Shown: piece by piece, positions 1 through 9,158 of the stretch | Layout: the number at the start of each line of letters is the position of its first letter | How positions within the stretch are numbered: the stretch's first letter is position 1 | Source: Vulcanimicrobiales bacterium | GTDB taxonomy: Bacteria; Vulcanimicrobiota; Vulcanimicrobiia; Vulcanimicrobiales; Vulcanimicrobiaceae | Reading direction: 5' to 3' | DNA length: 47,365 bases | NCBI GenBank assembly: GCA_038215615.1 | Contig: JBBQQR010000015.1 | Coordinates: forward strand, 1 to 47,365 | Made by a program: the position numbers and the translations under genes | Notes under the pieces: model-generated | Seen by the model: only the letters and a program-made list of their open reading frames with translations | Database searches by the model: none | What the model was told of the DNA's origin: nothing

Positions 1-1445
1 CAGACGATCAATTGACGCTGCTGCCCGCGCTAGCCGACCGGTTGAGTATCGCTGCCTCGCTGTTGGCGCTGCAAGCGAAGATGGGCGCAACCTCAAGCAG
101 AGTCGATGCCAAGGGCGAAGCCTCCGGAGACGTCGCTCAACTCGCGTCGCTGCAACGCATCGACGGCGGGTTCGCCTTCTGGCCCGAGGAGCGGTCTTCC
201 CATGCGTCGGCCAGCGCCGGTGCGCTGGCTACGCTTGGGTACGCTCGCTCTGCGGGAGTGAGTATCTCGCAGTCAATGATAGCGCGAGCGCGAAGCTATG
301 TAGCAAACGTGCTGGCGGATCCGGCCCGAACCGACAAGACTTGCTCGACCCTGGCCTGCCGCACGTCGCTCAGGCTGGCCGCGTTGCGTGCCTTGGCGGC
401 TGCCGGCGACCGCCGCACGGATTTCTTGCAGAGCATTTTTGCGCAGCGCGCGACCCTGGGCCTTGCAGAAGAAGCGGCCCTCGGGGTCTACTTGCAGCAG
501 ACCCCGGGCTGGCGCGCACAGGCGGATAGTGTTGCGACGGAGCTGTCGCAACGCGTTTATCTCACTGGCCGATATGCTAACGTACAGCCTCCCAGACCCT
601 GGTACGGCTCGTTGCCTCAAGCCCAGGCCGCATATCTCGAGTTGCTCGTAGCGCGCGGCGCGCCGGCGGAAGATCAGGATCGCGCGTTGCGCGCGCTCGT
701 CGCGCAAAATTGCCGGTGCGGATGGCCCTCGTTAACCGACACTGCTGCGGCGCTGCGCGCGATCGGAACGTATGCGGCGCGGGAGACTCTTCCGAACTTC
801 ACTGCGGAGATTCTCCTCGACGGAAAGAGCGCGGGCAGCGCTTCCTTTAAGGACCCGGCTGCTTCCAAGACGTTCGTCCTGCCGCTCTCGCTAACAGCGG
901 GAAACCACACGCTGACTCTGCGCAAGCGTGGGACGGGAACGCTGCACTATGTCGTTTCATACACCTACAAACTTAGCGCGGACGCACCGGGAAGGTTGAG
1001 CGGGTTGCGCGTGATCCGCACCGTTCATCCCGCGAATCAGCAGACGGTGCTCGCGACGGTAGACCTTGCGTCTCAAAGCGAGCCCCTAGATCTGGCAGCC
1101 GGCAACGTTTACGATATCGGCGTTGAGGTCGCCGTCGATCATCCGGTCGACCGAGTCGTTATCACCGATCCGCTGCCGGCGGGCTTTGAAGCGCTCGATA
1201 CGTCGTTCCAGACCACGGCAACGTACTATCAGCCGCTCACGCAGGCCTGGCAGATCGATTATCAGCAAATCTACCGCGATCGCATCACCGCGTTTGCGGA
1301 TCATCTCGATCCAGGCGTCTACATGCTGCACTATTTGGTGCGCTCGGTCACGCCGGGGACGTATCTCTGGCCGGGCGCCAGCGCTTATCTGCTCGACGCC
1401 CCCGAGCAATTCGGACGCAGCGCGTTCCGCAGCGTGAAAGTCTAG
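1..1445 (+). CDS. Bacterial alpha-2-macroglobulin family protein, C-terminal part (5' truncated by window edge)
   Basis: Frame is open to the window edge. Motifs LQRIDGGFAFW, VVITDPLPAGFEALD and YLVRSVTPGTYLWPGA are typical of the A2M TED and receptor-binding region. Confidence 0.85.
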   Translation, partial: DDQLTLLPALADRLSIAASLLALQAKMGATSSRVDAKGEASGDVAQLASLQRIDGGFAFWPEERSSHASASAGALATLGYARSAGVSISQSMIARARSYVANVLADPARTDKTCSTLACRTSLRLAALRALAAAGDRRTDFLQSIFAQRATLGLAEEAALGVYLQQTPGWRAQADSVATELSQRVYLTGRYANVQPPRPWYGSLPQAQAAYLELLVARGAPAEDQDRALRALVAQNCRCGWPSLTDTAAALRAIGTYAARETLPNFTAEILLDGKSAGSASFKDPAASKTFVLPLSLTAGNHTLTLRKRGTGTLHYVVSYTYKLSADAPGRLSGLRVIRTVHPANQQTVLATVDLASQSEPLDLAAGNVYDIGVEVAVDHPVDRVVITDPLPAGFEALDTSFQTTATYYQPLTQAWQIDYQQIYRDRITAFADHLDPGVYMLHYLVRSVTPGTYLWPGASAYLLDAPEQFGRSAFRSVKV

Positions 1446-1485
1446 ACTTCGGGGACTCCTCGCTTCAAACTCAACAGGAGTGGGT

Positions 1486-1842
1486 ATGAATTTATACATG
1501 AAAATATTCCGACTACTTCCAGTAGTCGCGTTGGCATTCGCTTTCGCGGCACCTCAGGCAGCGCTGGCCGGCAAGACCAATACGTTCTATGGCTTAACGC
1601 TGCACGTTTCGACCAACAACATAAAGGTTCAAAATCCCAAGACGAAAGAAACGTTAAGTTTTCTCATCCTGCCGAAATTCGACCAAGTATTCTCCGACGA
1701 CGGCAAGACGACATATCAAATGAAAAACGTCCATCCGGGCCAATACGTCCGCGTTATTTACGATCAAAAAGCACTGGGCATCCGGCACGCTGACAAAATC
1801 ATCGTGATGACCAAAGGCAACAAGACCATCACCAAGCAATAG
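1486..1842 (+). CDS. Small secreted protein (paralog of 2629..2994)
   Basis: GGAG SD before the ATG at 1486; signal peptide ending AALA; beta-rich body. Confidence 0.75.
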   Translation: MNLYMKIFRLLPVVALAFAFAAPQAALAGKTNTFYGLTLHVSTNNIKVQNPKTKETLSFLILPKFDQVFSDDGKTTYQMKNVHPGQYVRVIYDQKALGIRHADKIIVMTKGNKTITKQ

Positions 1843-1861
1843 GCGACCCGCTCATCGAGAG

Positions 1862-1888
1862 AAGCGCCGCAACCCGCGGCGCTTTTTT
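1862..1888 (+). terminator. Intrinsic terminator between convergent genes
   Basis: AAGCGCCGC-AACCC-GCGGCGCTT hairpin followed by a T run. Confidence 0.75.
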
Positions 1889-2612
1889 ACATCTGAGGCT
1901 TCAGTTGTAGCAGACGAATCGATCCCTCGCGCGCGAACGCATAGACCGCGCGCTCGGAACGCCGCGAGCCCGGCGAGGAATTGATGTTTCCGTCGATCAT
2001 CTCGCTAAGGCCGTGCGCCGAACCTTTAAGCGGGAAGTCGGTAAAGATTGTGCCGTCCATTGCGGCCAGAGCGACGGTGGCCGCAGCGGTCTGATTCACG
2101 TAAATCTCGACGTCGCCGTGCCCCGATGTGAAGTGCAGTGTTCCGGGCCAAGTCGTGCTCGCGAAAATGACGCTTACGTTGCCGGTTCCCGCGTTCGCGT
2201 TTCCATATTGCGGAAGGAGCATTTTGATGTCGCCGCGCTCCGTGCTCGCATTGACAACGCCGTCGAAGTCGGCGGCGTTGATGTTTCCGCTGGCAGCTCT
2301 GACGTTGATAACGGTGTCCTTGGGTCCGCGGATCAGCAAGTCGGTGCCGAGCCCGCGGGTCGCGATTGAAATCCGGTTGCCGCTGCGCCGCACGGTTACG
2401 TCGCGGCGGGCGTCAGGGCCGATGGCATCCACCGTAAAGGTCTCCGGAGATTGACCTCGCGCCGGCGCATATATGCTGACGTTCCCGCGCAGCGACGTGA
2501 CGTTTATCACGCCGCCCGGCGGCAGGTTGGCGGTTTGCTCCAGGCCCGGCCGCGACGGCGCGCATCCGGCCGCCACCGCGAGCAGAAGAAGACCTATCCG
2601 GGTACAAACCAT
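1887..2612 (-). CDS. Lipoprotein with DUF4097/adhesin-like beta-strand repeats
   Basis: Lipobox AAGC after a hydrophobic stretch; repeated xxSGxI-type motifs (ASGNI, ERGDI, GTGNV, GHGDV). Start chosen at MVCTRIG. Confidence 0.7.
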   Translation of the reverse strand: MVCTRIGLLLLAVAAGCAPSRPGLEQTANLPPGGVINVTSLRGNVSIYAPARGQSPETFTVDAIGPDARRDVTVRRSGNRISIATRGLGTDLLIRGPKDTVINVRAASGNINAADFDGVVNASTERGDIKMLLPQYGNANAGTGNVSVIFASTTWPGTLHFTSGHGDVEIYVNQTAAATVALAAMDGTIFTDFPLKGSAHGLSEMIDGNINSSPGSRRSERAVYAFAREGSIRLLQLKPQM

Positions 2613-2628
2613 TCGGAGGTAGCCTTTT

Positions 2629-2994
2629 ATGCGCTTGTTCTCATCCCTTATCGCCGGGCTCGCACTGGCAGCCACGGTCGTTACTTCGGCCTCAGCCGCC
2701 CAAAGCGGGAGCTTGCCGCCGGGCGGCAAGTACAAAGATTGCCACGGCTATATGCTGCACGTCAGCCTAAACAATATTCGCGTGCATTGCATCGACGGGG
2801 TGCCGGCTGACCTGTCGTTTCTTTCCTGGCCGAAATTCACGGATCTCCCGAACGGAAAAACCCAACAGACGAACAGCCTCAAACCCCAAACGCCCGTGCA
2901 CGTGATCTTTTCACAATCTATGGGCATTCGCCACGCCTATAAAATCTATGTGGCGAATCCCAAGGGACACGGTCTTTTCGGCTTTAAAGCTTAA
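2629..2994 (+). CDS. Small secreted protein (paralog of 1486..1842)
   Basis: GGAGG SD; signal peptide ending ASA; shares LHVSxNNI, LSFLxxPKF and GIRHAxKI with the upstream paralog. Confidence 0.75.
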   Translation: MRLFSSLIAGLALAATVVTSASAAQSGSLPPGGKYKDCHGYMLHVSLNNIRVHCIDGVPADLSFLSWPKFTDLPNGKTQQTNSLKPQTPVHVIFSQSMGIRHAYKIYVANPKGHGLFGFKA

Positions 2995-3123
2995 GTCCAA
3001 AATCCGTTTATCCGCGCCTGAAGTTTCAACTTCACTAGCGCGTCGCCCGCCGAGATGCCGCGAATGCGAACCTGACCTCTTCGAGCCGGGCGGCGCGATG
3101 ACAAGATGCTTCTGCATGCGCCC

Positions 3124-3522
3124 CTAGTGCACGTATCTGTTTTTCAAGGAGCGGCAATACTTCAGCCCCGGCACCACGACGACGTTCTGCCCGCGAAAGA
3201 GCTTGACCATATCGGCGGCCGGAATCGCCGTATTCGATAGCCCGTCCCGGATGGGTTTTAGGGCGTACAGCTTCTTATAGGCGGTGCACGTACCGGTCGC
3301 TATCAGCGCGGTGTCCGGGCCCGGCCCGGCGGCCTTAAGCGAGACCTGGACAGCGACACCCATGGGCAAACCCTGAAAGCTCGCCGTTCCTCGCACTTGG
3401 CCACTACTTGGCACATCCCAGAGCGTAACGGTGAGCGGCGTGATGGGCATCGCCTTAACCGGGAACGTGGGCGCAGTTGCCAATAAACATGCCGCGATCG
3501 CGGCGCACATCACGGGTCGCAT
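3124..3522 (-). CDS. Secreted protein, possibly Cu/Zn-SOD/CHRD-like fold lacking His ligands
   Basis: GGAGG SD; signal peptide; GTASF..GVAVQVSL..GP..ALIATGTC..LYALKPIRDG pattern. Confidence 0.55.
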   Translation of the reverse strand: MRPVMCAAIAACLLATAPTFPVKAMPITPLTVTLWDVPSSGQVRGTASFQGLPMGVAVQVSLKAAGPGPDTALIATGTCTAYKKLYALKPIRDGLSNTAIPAADMVKLFRGQNVVVVPGLKYCRSLKNRYVH

Positions 3523-3651
3523 AATGGAGCCCTCCGAGCACTCGTTTCCTTTAGCGACAATCGCCCTCCCTCGCGGTAGAAGACGGCTTTCGACGAGGCG
3601 AATCATCGACGAGGGCAGGCAGCGCGCAGGAGCCTCTGCTCTTCTGTTTGA

Positions 3652-3679
3652 ATACGATAAAACTGTTATTATGTCGCAT
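3652..3679. promoter_or_regulatory. dif-like Xer recombination/binding site (11-6-11)
   Basis: ATACGATAAAA-CTGTTA-TTATGTCGCAT. Arms are an 8/11 inverted repeat; the right arm begins TTATGT like XerD arms; lies about 80 bp upstream of the Xer gene. Confidence 0.55.
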
Positions 3680-3760
3680 TACATCGTGAGGAGGAGGGCC
3701 CAAATGCGAGTTGCCGGCGGGTCCAAGATACTGGTTTATTGTAGGGAATTCCACCGCTAG

Positions 3761-4732
3761 ATGGCTGCACGTAAAGCCGCAAGACAGAAAAAAGAACCGA
3801 AGCGGCCGATGGATCCGCTCATCTTGGACACTATGTCTCATCTGCTGCTCGAGAGAAACCGGAGCCTACTTACGGTAGAGGCCTATGCGCGCGATCTTCA
3901 AGAGTTCGGCGGTTATCTTGCCGGGCTGGCTAAATCTGAGAGCCCCATAGGGCGGCTCTATCCTCAGCTGCGCATGGCCACTACATCGGACATCCGACGT
4001 TACATAACGCAGCTTGCGTCGAGGCGCGACTATAGCCCCGTGTCGATTCGCAGGAAGCTCTCCTCGGTCAAGGCCTTCTACAAGTATCTCGTATACGCCG
4101 CAATACGCCCGGACAATCCCGCCACCGCCGTCCCCGGACCAAGTATTGAATCGAAACTCCCTCATCACCTCGACACTCCGGACATAGGGAAGCTGTTGCG
4201 GACCACAATTGCCGGCCGAAGCGAGCCGCAAAGACTGCGCGATCTCGCGATCATGGAGCTGCTGTACGCTTCCGGCATTCGTCGCGCAGAGGTCACAACC
4301 ATCAACATGAGCGACCTCGATCTACGCAATCGGGTTATTTTGATTCACGGGAAAGGGAAAAAGCAGCGCAAAGTTCTCTTTAACGAGGCGACCGCAACAG
4401 CCATTGAGGGTTATCTGCGCGTTCGGCAAAGGAGTGCGGACGACGCTCTTTTCCTGGGTCGCGGAGGAAAACGGCTCACACCAAAACACGTGTGGAGAAT
4501 ATTTCGAGATCTCTACAACATGAGCAAGATCGAAGGTCGCGCCACCCCTCACACGCTCCGGCATTCGTTCGCCACGCATCTGGCCGAAAACGGCGTCGAC
4601 CTAGAAACCATAAGGGAACTGCTCGGCCACGCGAGTCTTGCGACCACGGGCGTGTATTTACAAATGTCGATGGCGCACAAGCGCCGGGCGTACGACGAGG
4701 CCCACCCCCGCGACCGCATGAAAGACCGCTAG
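3761..4732 (+). CDS. XerC/XerD-family tyrosine recombinase
   Basis: N-terminal SAM-like domain (TVEAYARDL, RKLSSVKAFYKYL); catalytic motifs LYASGIRRAE, HGKGKKQR, HTLRHSFATH, LLGHASLATTGVY; Xer-type tail AYDEAHPR. Confidence 0.9.
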   Translation: MAARKAARQKKEPKRPMDPLILDTMSHLLLERNRSLLTVEAYARDLQEFGGYLAGLAKSESPIGRLYPQLRMATTSDIRRYITQLASRRDYSPVSIRRKLSSVKAFYKYLVYAAIRPDNPATAVPGPSIESKLPHHLDTPDIGKLLRTTIAGRSEPQRLRDLAIMELLYASGIRRAEVTTINMSDLDLRNRVILIHGKGKKQRKVLFNEATATAIEGYLRVRQRSADDALFLGRGGKRLTPKHVWRIFRDLYNMSKIEGRATPHTLRHSFATHLAENGVDLETIRELLGHASLATTGVYLQMSMAHKRRAYDEAHPRDRMKDR

Positions 4733-4747
4733 CGCGGCCGGCACGGA

Positions 4748-5620
4748 TTACTGCGGAACGCCGAGCGCCGCGCCCGAGGTCCGGTGATCGATCGTTTCCA
4801 AGGCAACGGCGGCTTCAGCGCGCGTGACCTTCTTCTGCGGATAAAAGATCTTGGTATTTCCGTAGATGCGCTTCACTTCGTCCTCAGCGTAGTCGCCGCC
4901 GCCTCCGTTGTTCAATTGAAAAGCTCCCCAATAGGGTTTGGAAACCTTATCGCGGTCCGTGAAGTCGACGGAAATAGTGCTGCCGCCGGCGGAATAGTCC
5001 CACGCAGACGGCGGTATGGCTTTCGGGAGGCCGCCGCTGTTTGCGTCGCGCGAAATGAGAATCGCGATCATTTCTTCGCGTGTGAGCGAGCGTTCCGGAG
5101 CAAAATGATTCCTGTCGATCCCTACGAGAAACCCTGAGTTCGCCATCCCTTGGATGTACTTGAAATCGGGATTTGATTTCGGGACATCCACGAAGCTCTG
5201 ATCACTATTTGCTTCCGCCAAGCGGACCTGTTTGTCCGGTTGGGTTTTGAAGTAAATATTATTGGCCGTGACAAGCCAGCGGACGTATTCCGCGCGCGGC
5301 ACAGTGCCGTAAGGATTGAATTTCCCCGACGTCGCGCTCCCGAACACCCCCAGCTGCGCTTCCTGTTTGATCGCATTCTCGGCGAAGATGCCGACGATAT
5401 CGGTGTAATGGATCGCCGCCGTGGGGTTGAGCGTGGGCGCCGGCGTTGCGATTGCCGCGGGCGTGGCGGCCCCTGCCGCCGTGGCGACCGGCGATGCGGC
5501 CGCAGCCACCGTCGGAGAAGCCTGCTGCGACGCCGTAGCCTGCGACTGACCGCTACCGCCTGAGCAGGCGGCTAGCCCAAATGCCGCTACAACCAGCAGC
5601 GTTGACGTGCGTACGTGCAT
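4748..5620 (-). CDS. S-layer homology (SLH) domain lipoprotein
   Basis: Lipobox LAAC; Ala/Pro/Thr linker; SLH motifs FVDVPKSNPDF, FAPERSLTREE and FYPQKKVTRAEAA. Confidence 0.8.
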   Translation of the reverse strand: MHVRTSTLLVVAAFGLAACSGGSGQSQATASQQASPTVAAAASPVATAAGAATPAAIATPAPTLNPTAAIHYTDIVGIFAENAIKQEAQLGVFGSATSGKFNPYGTVPRAEYVRWLVTANNIYFKTQPDKQVRLAEANSDQSFVDVPKSNPDFKYIQGMANSGFLVGIDRNHFAPERSLTREEMIAILISRDANSGGLPKAIPPSAWDYSAGGSTISVDFTDRDKVSKPYWGAFQLNNGGGGDYAEDEVKRIYGNTKIFYPQKKVTRAEAAVALETIDHRTSGAALGVPQ

Positions 5621-5628
5621 CTTCTTCT

Positions 5629-6186
5629 CTACTTGCCTTTCCGTACGCGGACCGCGTCGATAGCGGCGCCGCACAGGGAACCACTGGGGTCGAGGGAGGT
5701 GAATGTCAGTGTGGCTCGCGACGCGCCTGCCTTGAACGAAAATGACTTCGGTTGCCATCCCATGTGGGCATTGCTCGCGCGCGAAGAGTCGAACGCGTAC
5801 AGCCGTTTTGCCGATCCCACGCTGACCATTAAACGTTTTACGGTTGGACCACACGCGGGATTGCTGGCAAGCGCAAACGACACTGAGTACGTGGCGCCCT
5901 TGGAAGTGGCAAATGATTGCGCGATGCCGCCGGGCCCCGGCGTACCATCCATATCTATGCTGCCCGTCCCGCCATCTGCGTCCCGCCAGTTCGGTCCAAT
6001 TAAATCGACCGTTCCCATCGTCACGATCCAGTCGGGAATAGCGGTCGAGCCTTTCGGATACATCGAATAATTCGACGGATGCGGCCCTATGTCGAAGCCA
6101 CCGTTCTGGATGAGATTTGTACCGGCAGCGCTAGCCACCGCAGAAGCGAGGGCAACCGCGATAATCCCAAATACGAATACTCGCAC
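5629..6186 (-). CDS. Secreted DUF642/choice-of-anchor C family protein
   Basis: Signal peptide; NLIQNGGF, IPDWIV..GTVDLIG, GGIAQSFAT and GAAIDAVRV motifs. Confidence 0.75.
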   Translation of the reverse strand: MRVFVFGIIAVALASAVASAAGTNLIQNGGFDIGPHPSNYSMYPKGSTAIPDWIVTMGTVDLIGPNWRDADGGTGSIDMDGTPGPGGIAQSFATSKGATYSVSFALASNPACGPTVKRLMVSVGSAKRLYAFDSSRASNAHMGWQPKSFSFKAGASRATLTFTSLDPSGSLCGAAIDAVRVRKGK

Positions 6187-6202
6187 GTTCTCTTCTCCTT
6201 GT

Positions 6203-6790
6203 TTATGCCGGCCTACACTCGACCGTAATGCCCTTGCGATGGTGCCGCAACCTGTTGATGCGCACCAGGCGATTATTTTTCATGGTATAGGTTGAGACGA
6301 CCCAGTCGTGACGCTTGTCGCAGCGATGGTCGTGATTCCAAACATCCGTATACAGTTTATTCTCAGCAAACATGACGTAGATCCAGTTGCCCGGATATGG
6401 GCCATCGCCTTCGCTATAATAGCTGAAGTCGCCGAGGTTGCCCAAATGGCTCGCTTTGCCGTCGAGAACTCCGAATGCTTGCGCCGACGCATTAAAGCCG
6501 GTCGCGGGTAGCTCGTCGCGCAGCACCACCACAGCGAGCGTTTGCCCGGCGACCCGGCCGTGATAAAAATTGTCGCTGCTCGTCGTAATGCGCGGGTCGT
6601 CCGCGGTGTACGTTCCCTTATGAAGGTGAATAGAGCCAAGCGTCAGCTCGTCGAAATCGAATCCATTCACGGTATGTGATAGAGATTGAGCGGGCACGGC
6701 GGCGGGAACCGAGTTCAGAGTCAAGAGCGACGCAAGAACAAAAACAACTGCGGCTGCAAAACGCATCCGGCGTCTCCTTGGCGGCACCAT
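6203..6790 (-). CDS. Secreted hypothetical protein
   Basis: Signal-peptide-like N-terminus; co-oriented with neighbours; start uncertain. Confidence 0.6.
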   Translation of the reverse strand: MVPPRRRRMRFAAAVVFVLASLLTLNSVPAAVPAQSLSHTVNGFDFDELTLGSIHLHKGTYTADDPRITTSSDNFYHGRVAGQTLAVVVLRDELPATGFNASAQAFGVLDGKASHLGNLGDFSYYSEGDGPYPGNWIYVMFAENKLYTDVWNHDHRCDKRHDWVVSTYTMKNNRLVRINRLRHHRKGITVECRPA

Positions 6791-6836
6791 GCCGCCCTTA
6801 CGAGCGGACCCTTGCTCGCCGTTGCGCCTTCACCCT

Positions 6837-7706
6837 TTAGCCGGGAACCCAGCCGCGCGTGAGGGTCAGCCAAAACGCGAGCCCCGCGAAGGCACCGTAG
6901 GGGCGGAATATTCTCTCAATCGTGCGATCGGATGCACGCCGCTTCCCCGCGATACGCAGGTACGCCGGCCGCGTCCACGAGTCAAAAATCAATCGATTGT
7001 ACCGCCCGAGCAGCATCATGATATGCGCACATGCGTACGGACCAACGCCCGGTAATAGCAAAAGCCGTTCCTCGACTTCGGCGTCCGGCAACCCGTGTTC
7101 GGGTCGAAGCAGCTCGAGATCCAGCCTGCCCGAAGCCACATCCTTTGCGATCGATTTGAGATACGCTCCGCGGTATCCGGAGCGCGCCGTGTCGCGATAG
7201 AATGATATCGGGGCAGCGGCCATCGTTTTCGGTTCGGGAAAGGCGCCGCCGCCGAGCATGTTCACGAGTGCCGACACCATGCGCACCGTGCCTGACCAGG
7301 CGCAGTTGGTCGTGCAGATTGTTTTTACGACGTCTTCAAAAACAGTCGGCGCCGCGAGCATTCGACCCGCGCCTTTTGCAGCCCAGGACAGTGCTGCGTC
7401 GTTTTCAACCAGCGCGTAAAACGGTGCAAGATCTTCATCGAGCCGGAACATGCGCCGCACCGCTGCGTTGAGTTCGGCTCGCGCTCGAGCGCCTGGCCGC
7501 GAACCGGCAACAGAGACCTGCAATTCGCCGGAGCGCGGTACGATCGTCACGCGGCGAACGCGACCATCCAATCGCAGGCCGATCGCATAAAAAGCATTGT
7601 CGTCGGGGATGGAGGCCGGCGGCAGTTCCGCGCAGCCGTGCGAGCGCAGCGCGCGCTCGAAGTCGATCGGTTCGCCGCCCGCGCCGCGCAACGGCAGGCG
7701 CAGCAC
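6837..7706 (-). CDS. HhH-GPD DNA glycosylase (AlkA/OGG1-like)
   Basis: FEDVVKTICTTNCAW, GYRGAYL, helix-hairpin-helix LLLLPGVGPY, and catalytic-region DSW. Confidence 0.8.
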   Translation of the reverse strand: MLRLPLRGAGGEPIDFERALRSHGCAELPPASIPDDNAFYAIGLRLDGRVRRVTIVPRSGELQVSVAGSRPGARARAELNAAVRRMFRLDEDLAPFYALVENDAALSWAAKGAGRMLAAPTVFEDVVKTICTTNCAWSGTVRMVSALVNMLGGGAFPEPKTMAAAPISFYRDTARSGYRGAYLKSIAKDVASGRLDLELLRPEHGLPDAEVEERLLLLPGVGPYACAHIMMLLGRYNRLIFDSWTRPAYLRIAGKRRASDRTIERIFRPYGAFAGLAFWLTLTRGWVPG

Positions 7707-7710
7707 CGGA

Positions 7711-8163
7711 CTAGGTAACGTAGCTAACGTTTACGGGAAAGCCCGCTTCTTCTGCGCCGCGCAGGACCGAGAACAGCTCGTCGAGTTCGTCTTCGATAGC
7801 CACGATCTCGCTGGCGCTTACGCCGACGGGTTCGGCCTGTTCCCAGAGTAGCCGTCGCGCGGTTTGCAGTGCGGCCCGAAAGCGTTGCGGCGTCGATTCC
7901 AAAACTGGCCAATCGTCGAGGGAAGCGGGCGGCACGACGCGCCAGCCGAGCCCCGATTGGGCATCGTCCTCTTCGTCGTAAAACGCGTGCGGAATCGCGG
8001 CCAGCATTTCGAGCGCTTCGCGTTCGTGCAATTGCAGGCGCACACCGGATCCCGTGAGTTTGACGATGTAACGAAAGAACGACGCGTTGCCGACGGTGAA
8101 AGCACCGGCCGGCGATGTGACGCTGATGTGGACGCTTTCGAGTTCCCCGCCGGTGTAATCCAA
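7711..8163 (-). CDS. Hypothetical acidic protein
   Basis: Fills the gap between mdh and the glycosylase with 4-bp spacers on both sides; TTG start. Confidence 0.65.
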   Translation of the reverse strand: MDYTGGELESVHISVTSPAGAFTVGNASFFRYIVKLTGSGVRLQLHEREALEMLAAIPHAFYDEEDDAQSGLGWRVVPPASLDDWPVLESTPQRFRAALQTARRLLWEQAEPVGVSASEIVAIEDELDELFSVLRGAEEAGFPVNVSYVT

Positions 8164-8167
8164 AGCG

Positions 8168-9091
8168 CTACGGCAGCACTTTCACGAGCGACTCGACGGA
8201 TTCCGCACTCTTTTGCAAGGCGGCTTTCTCTTCGGCCGTCAGTTTTATTTCGATAATTTTCTCCAGGCCTTTCGCACCAAGTTGGCAAGGCACGCCGATG
8301 AAGAGATCCTTGATGCCGTATTCCCCTTGTAAGTACGCCGCGCACGGCAGAATCTTGTGTTTGTCTTTCAGGATCGCTTCGGCCATCTCCATAATCGATC
8401 GGCCCGGCGCATAGTATGCGCTGCCGGCCTTGAGCAAGTTGACGATCTCGCCGCCGCCTTTAGCGGTGCGCTCCACGAGGCGGTCGACGGCGGCTTTGTC
8501 GAGCAACTCAGGAATCGGGATGCCGGCCACCGTGCTGTACCGCGGCAGCGGAACCATTTGATCGCCATGTCCGCCCAGCACAAACGTGTGGACGTTCTCG
8601 ATGCTCACGCCAAGTTCCATAGCTACGAACGTGGAGAACCGGGCGGAATCCAGGACGCCCGCCATTCCCAGGATGCGTTCGCGCGGGAAGCCGCTCACAC
8701 GGCGCGCGACTTCGCACATTGCATCGAGCGGGTTGGTGACGATGATGAGGACGCAGCCGGGGGAATACTTGATCGCCTCTTCGGTGGCTTTGCCGACGAT
8801 TTCAGCGTTGGCGCGCACGAGATCGTCGCGGCTCATGCCGGGTTTCCGGGGGAACCCTGCAGTAATAACGACGATATCCGAGCCGGCGGTCGGCTCGTAG
8901 CCGTTGCTGCCCGTGATGCTCACGTCGCTCTTCTCAACGGGCATGGACTGGAGCAAGTCCAAGGCCTTGCCCTGCGGGATGCCCTCCACGATGTCGACCA
9001 GGACGATATCGGCCAATTCCTCGGCCGCGAGCCAATGGGCAGCGGTGGCGCCTACGTTGCCGGCGCCTACGATTGTTACTTTATTTCGCAC
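8168..9091 (-). CDS. mdh: Malate dehydrogenase (LDH-like)
   Basis: [45 protein letters not shown] start at 9091. Confidence 0.95.
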   Translation of the reverse strand: MRNKVTIVGAGNVGATAAHWLAAEELADIVLVDIVEGIPQGKALDLLQSMPVEKSDVSITGSNGYEPTAGSDIVVITAGFPRKPGMSRDDLVRANAEIVGKATEEAIKYSPGCVLIIVTNPLDAMCEVARRVSGFPRERILGMAGVLDSARFSTFVAMELGVSIENVHTFVLGGHGDQMVPLPRYSTVAGIPIPELLDKAAVDRLVERTAKGGGEIVNLLKAGSAYYAPGRSIMEMAEAILKDKHKILPCAAYLQGEYGIKDLFIGVPCQLGAKGLEKIIEIKLTAEEKAALQKSAESVESLVKVLP

Positions 9092-9158
9092 GGAACGGTC
9101 TTTTCCGTAAAATCGTCTAAAAGTCATGGCGGGAAAGCCGCAACTGGGGAAAGCTAGT

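Noticed and set aside
3048..3218. 6S or SRP RNA (minus-strand GCGGCATCTCGG and GTCAGG motifs)
   Set aside because: The putative 5' partner strand lies inside a credible CDS, and the SRP GNRA loop and AGCAG motifs are missing.
3761..4732. Integron integrase with the flanking secreted genes as cassettes
   Set aside because: No IntI-specific insertion before the HTLRHSF box, a Xer-type C-terminal tail, mixed gene orientations, and no repeated attC-like sites seen.
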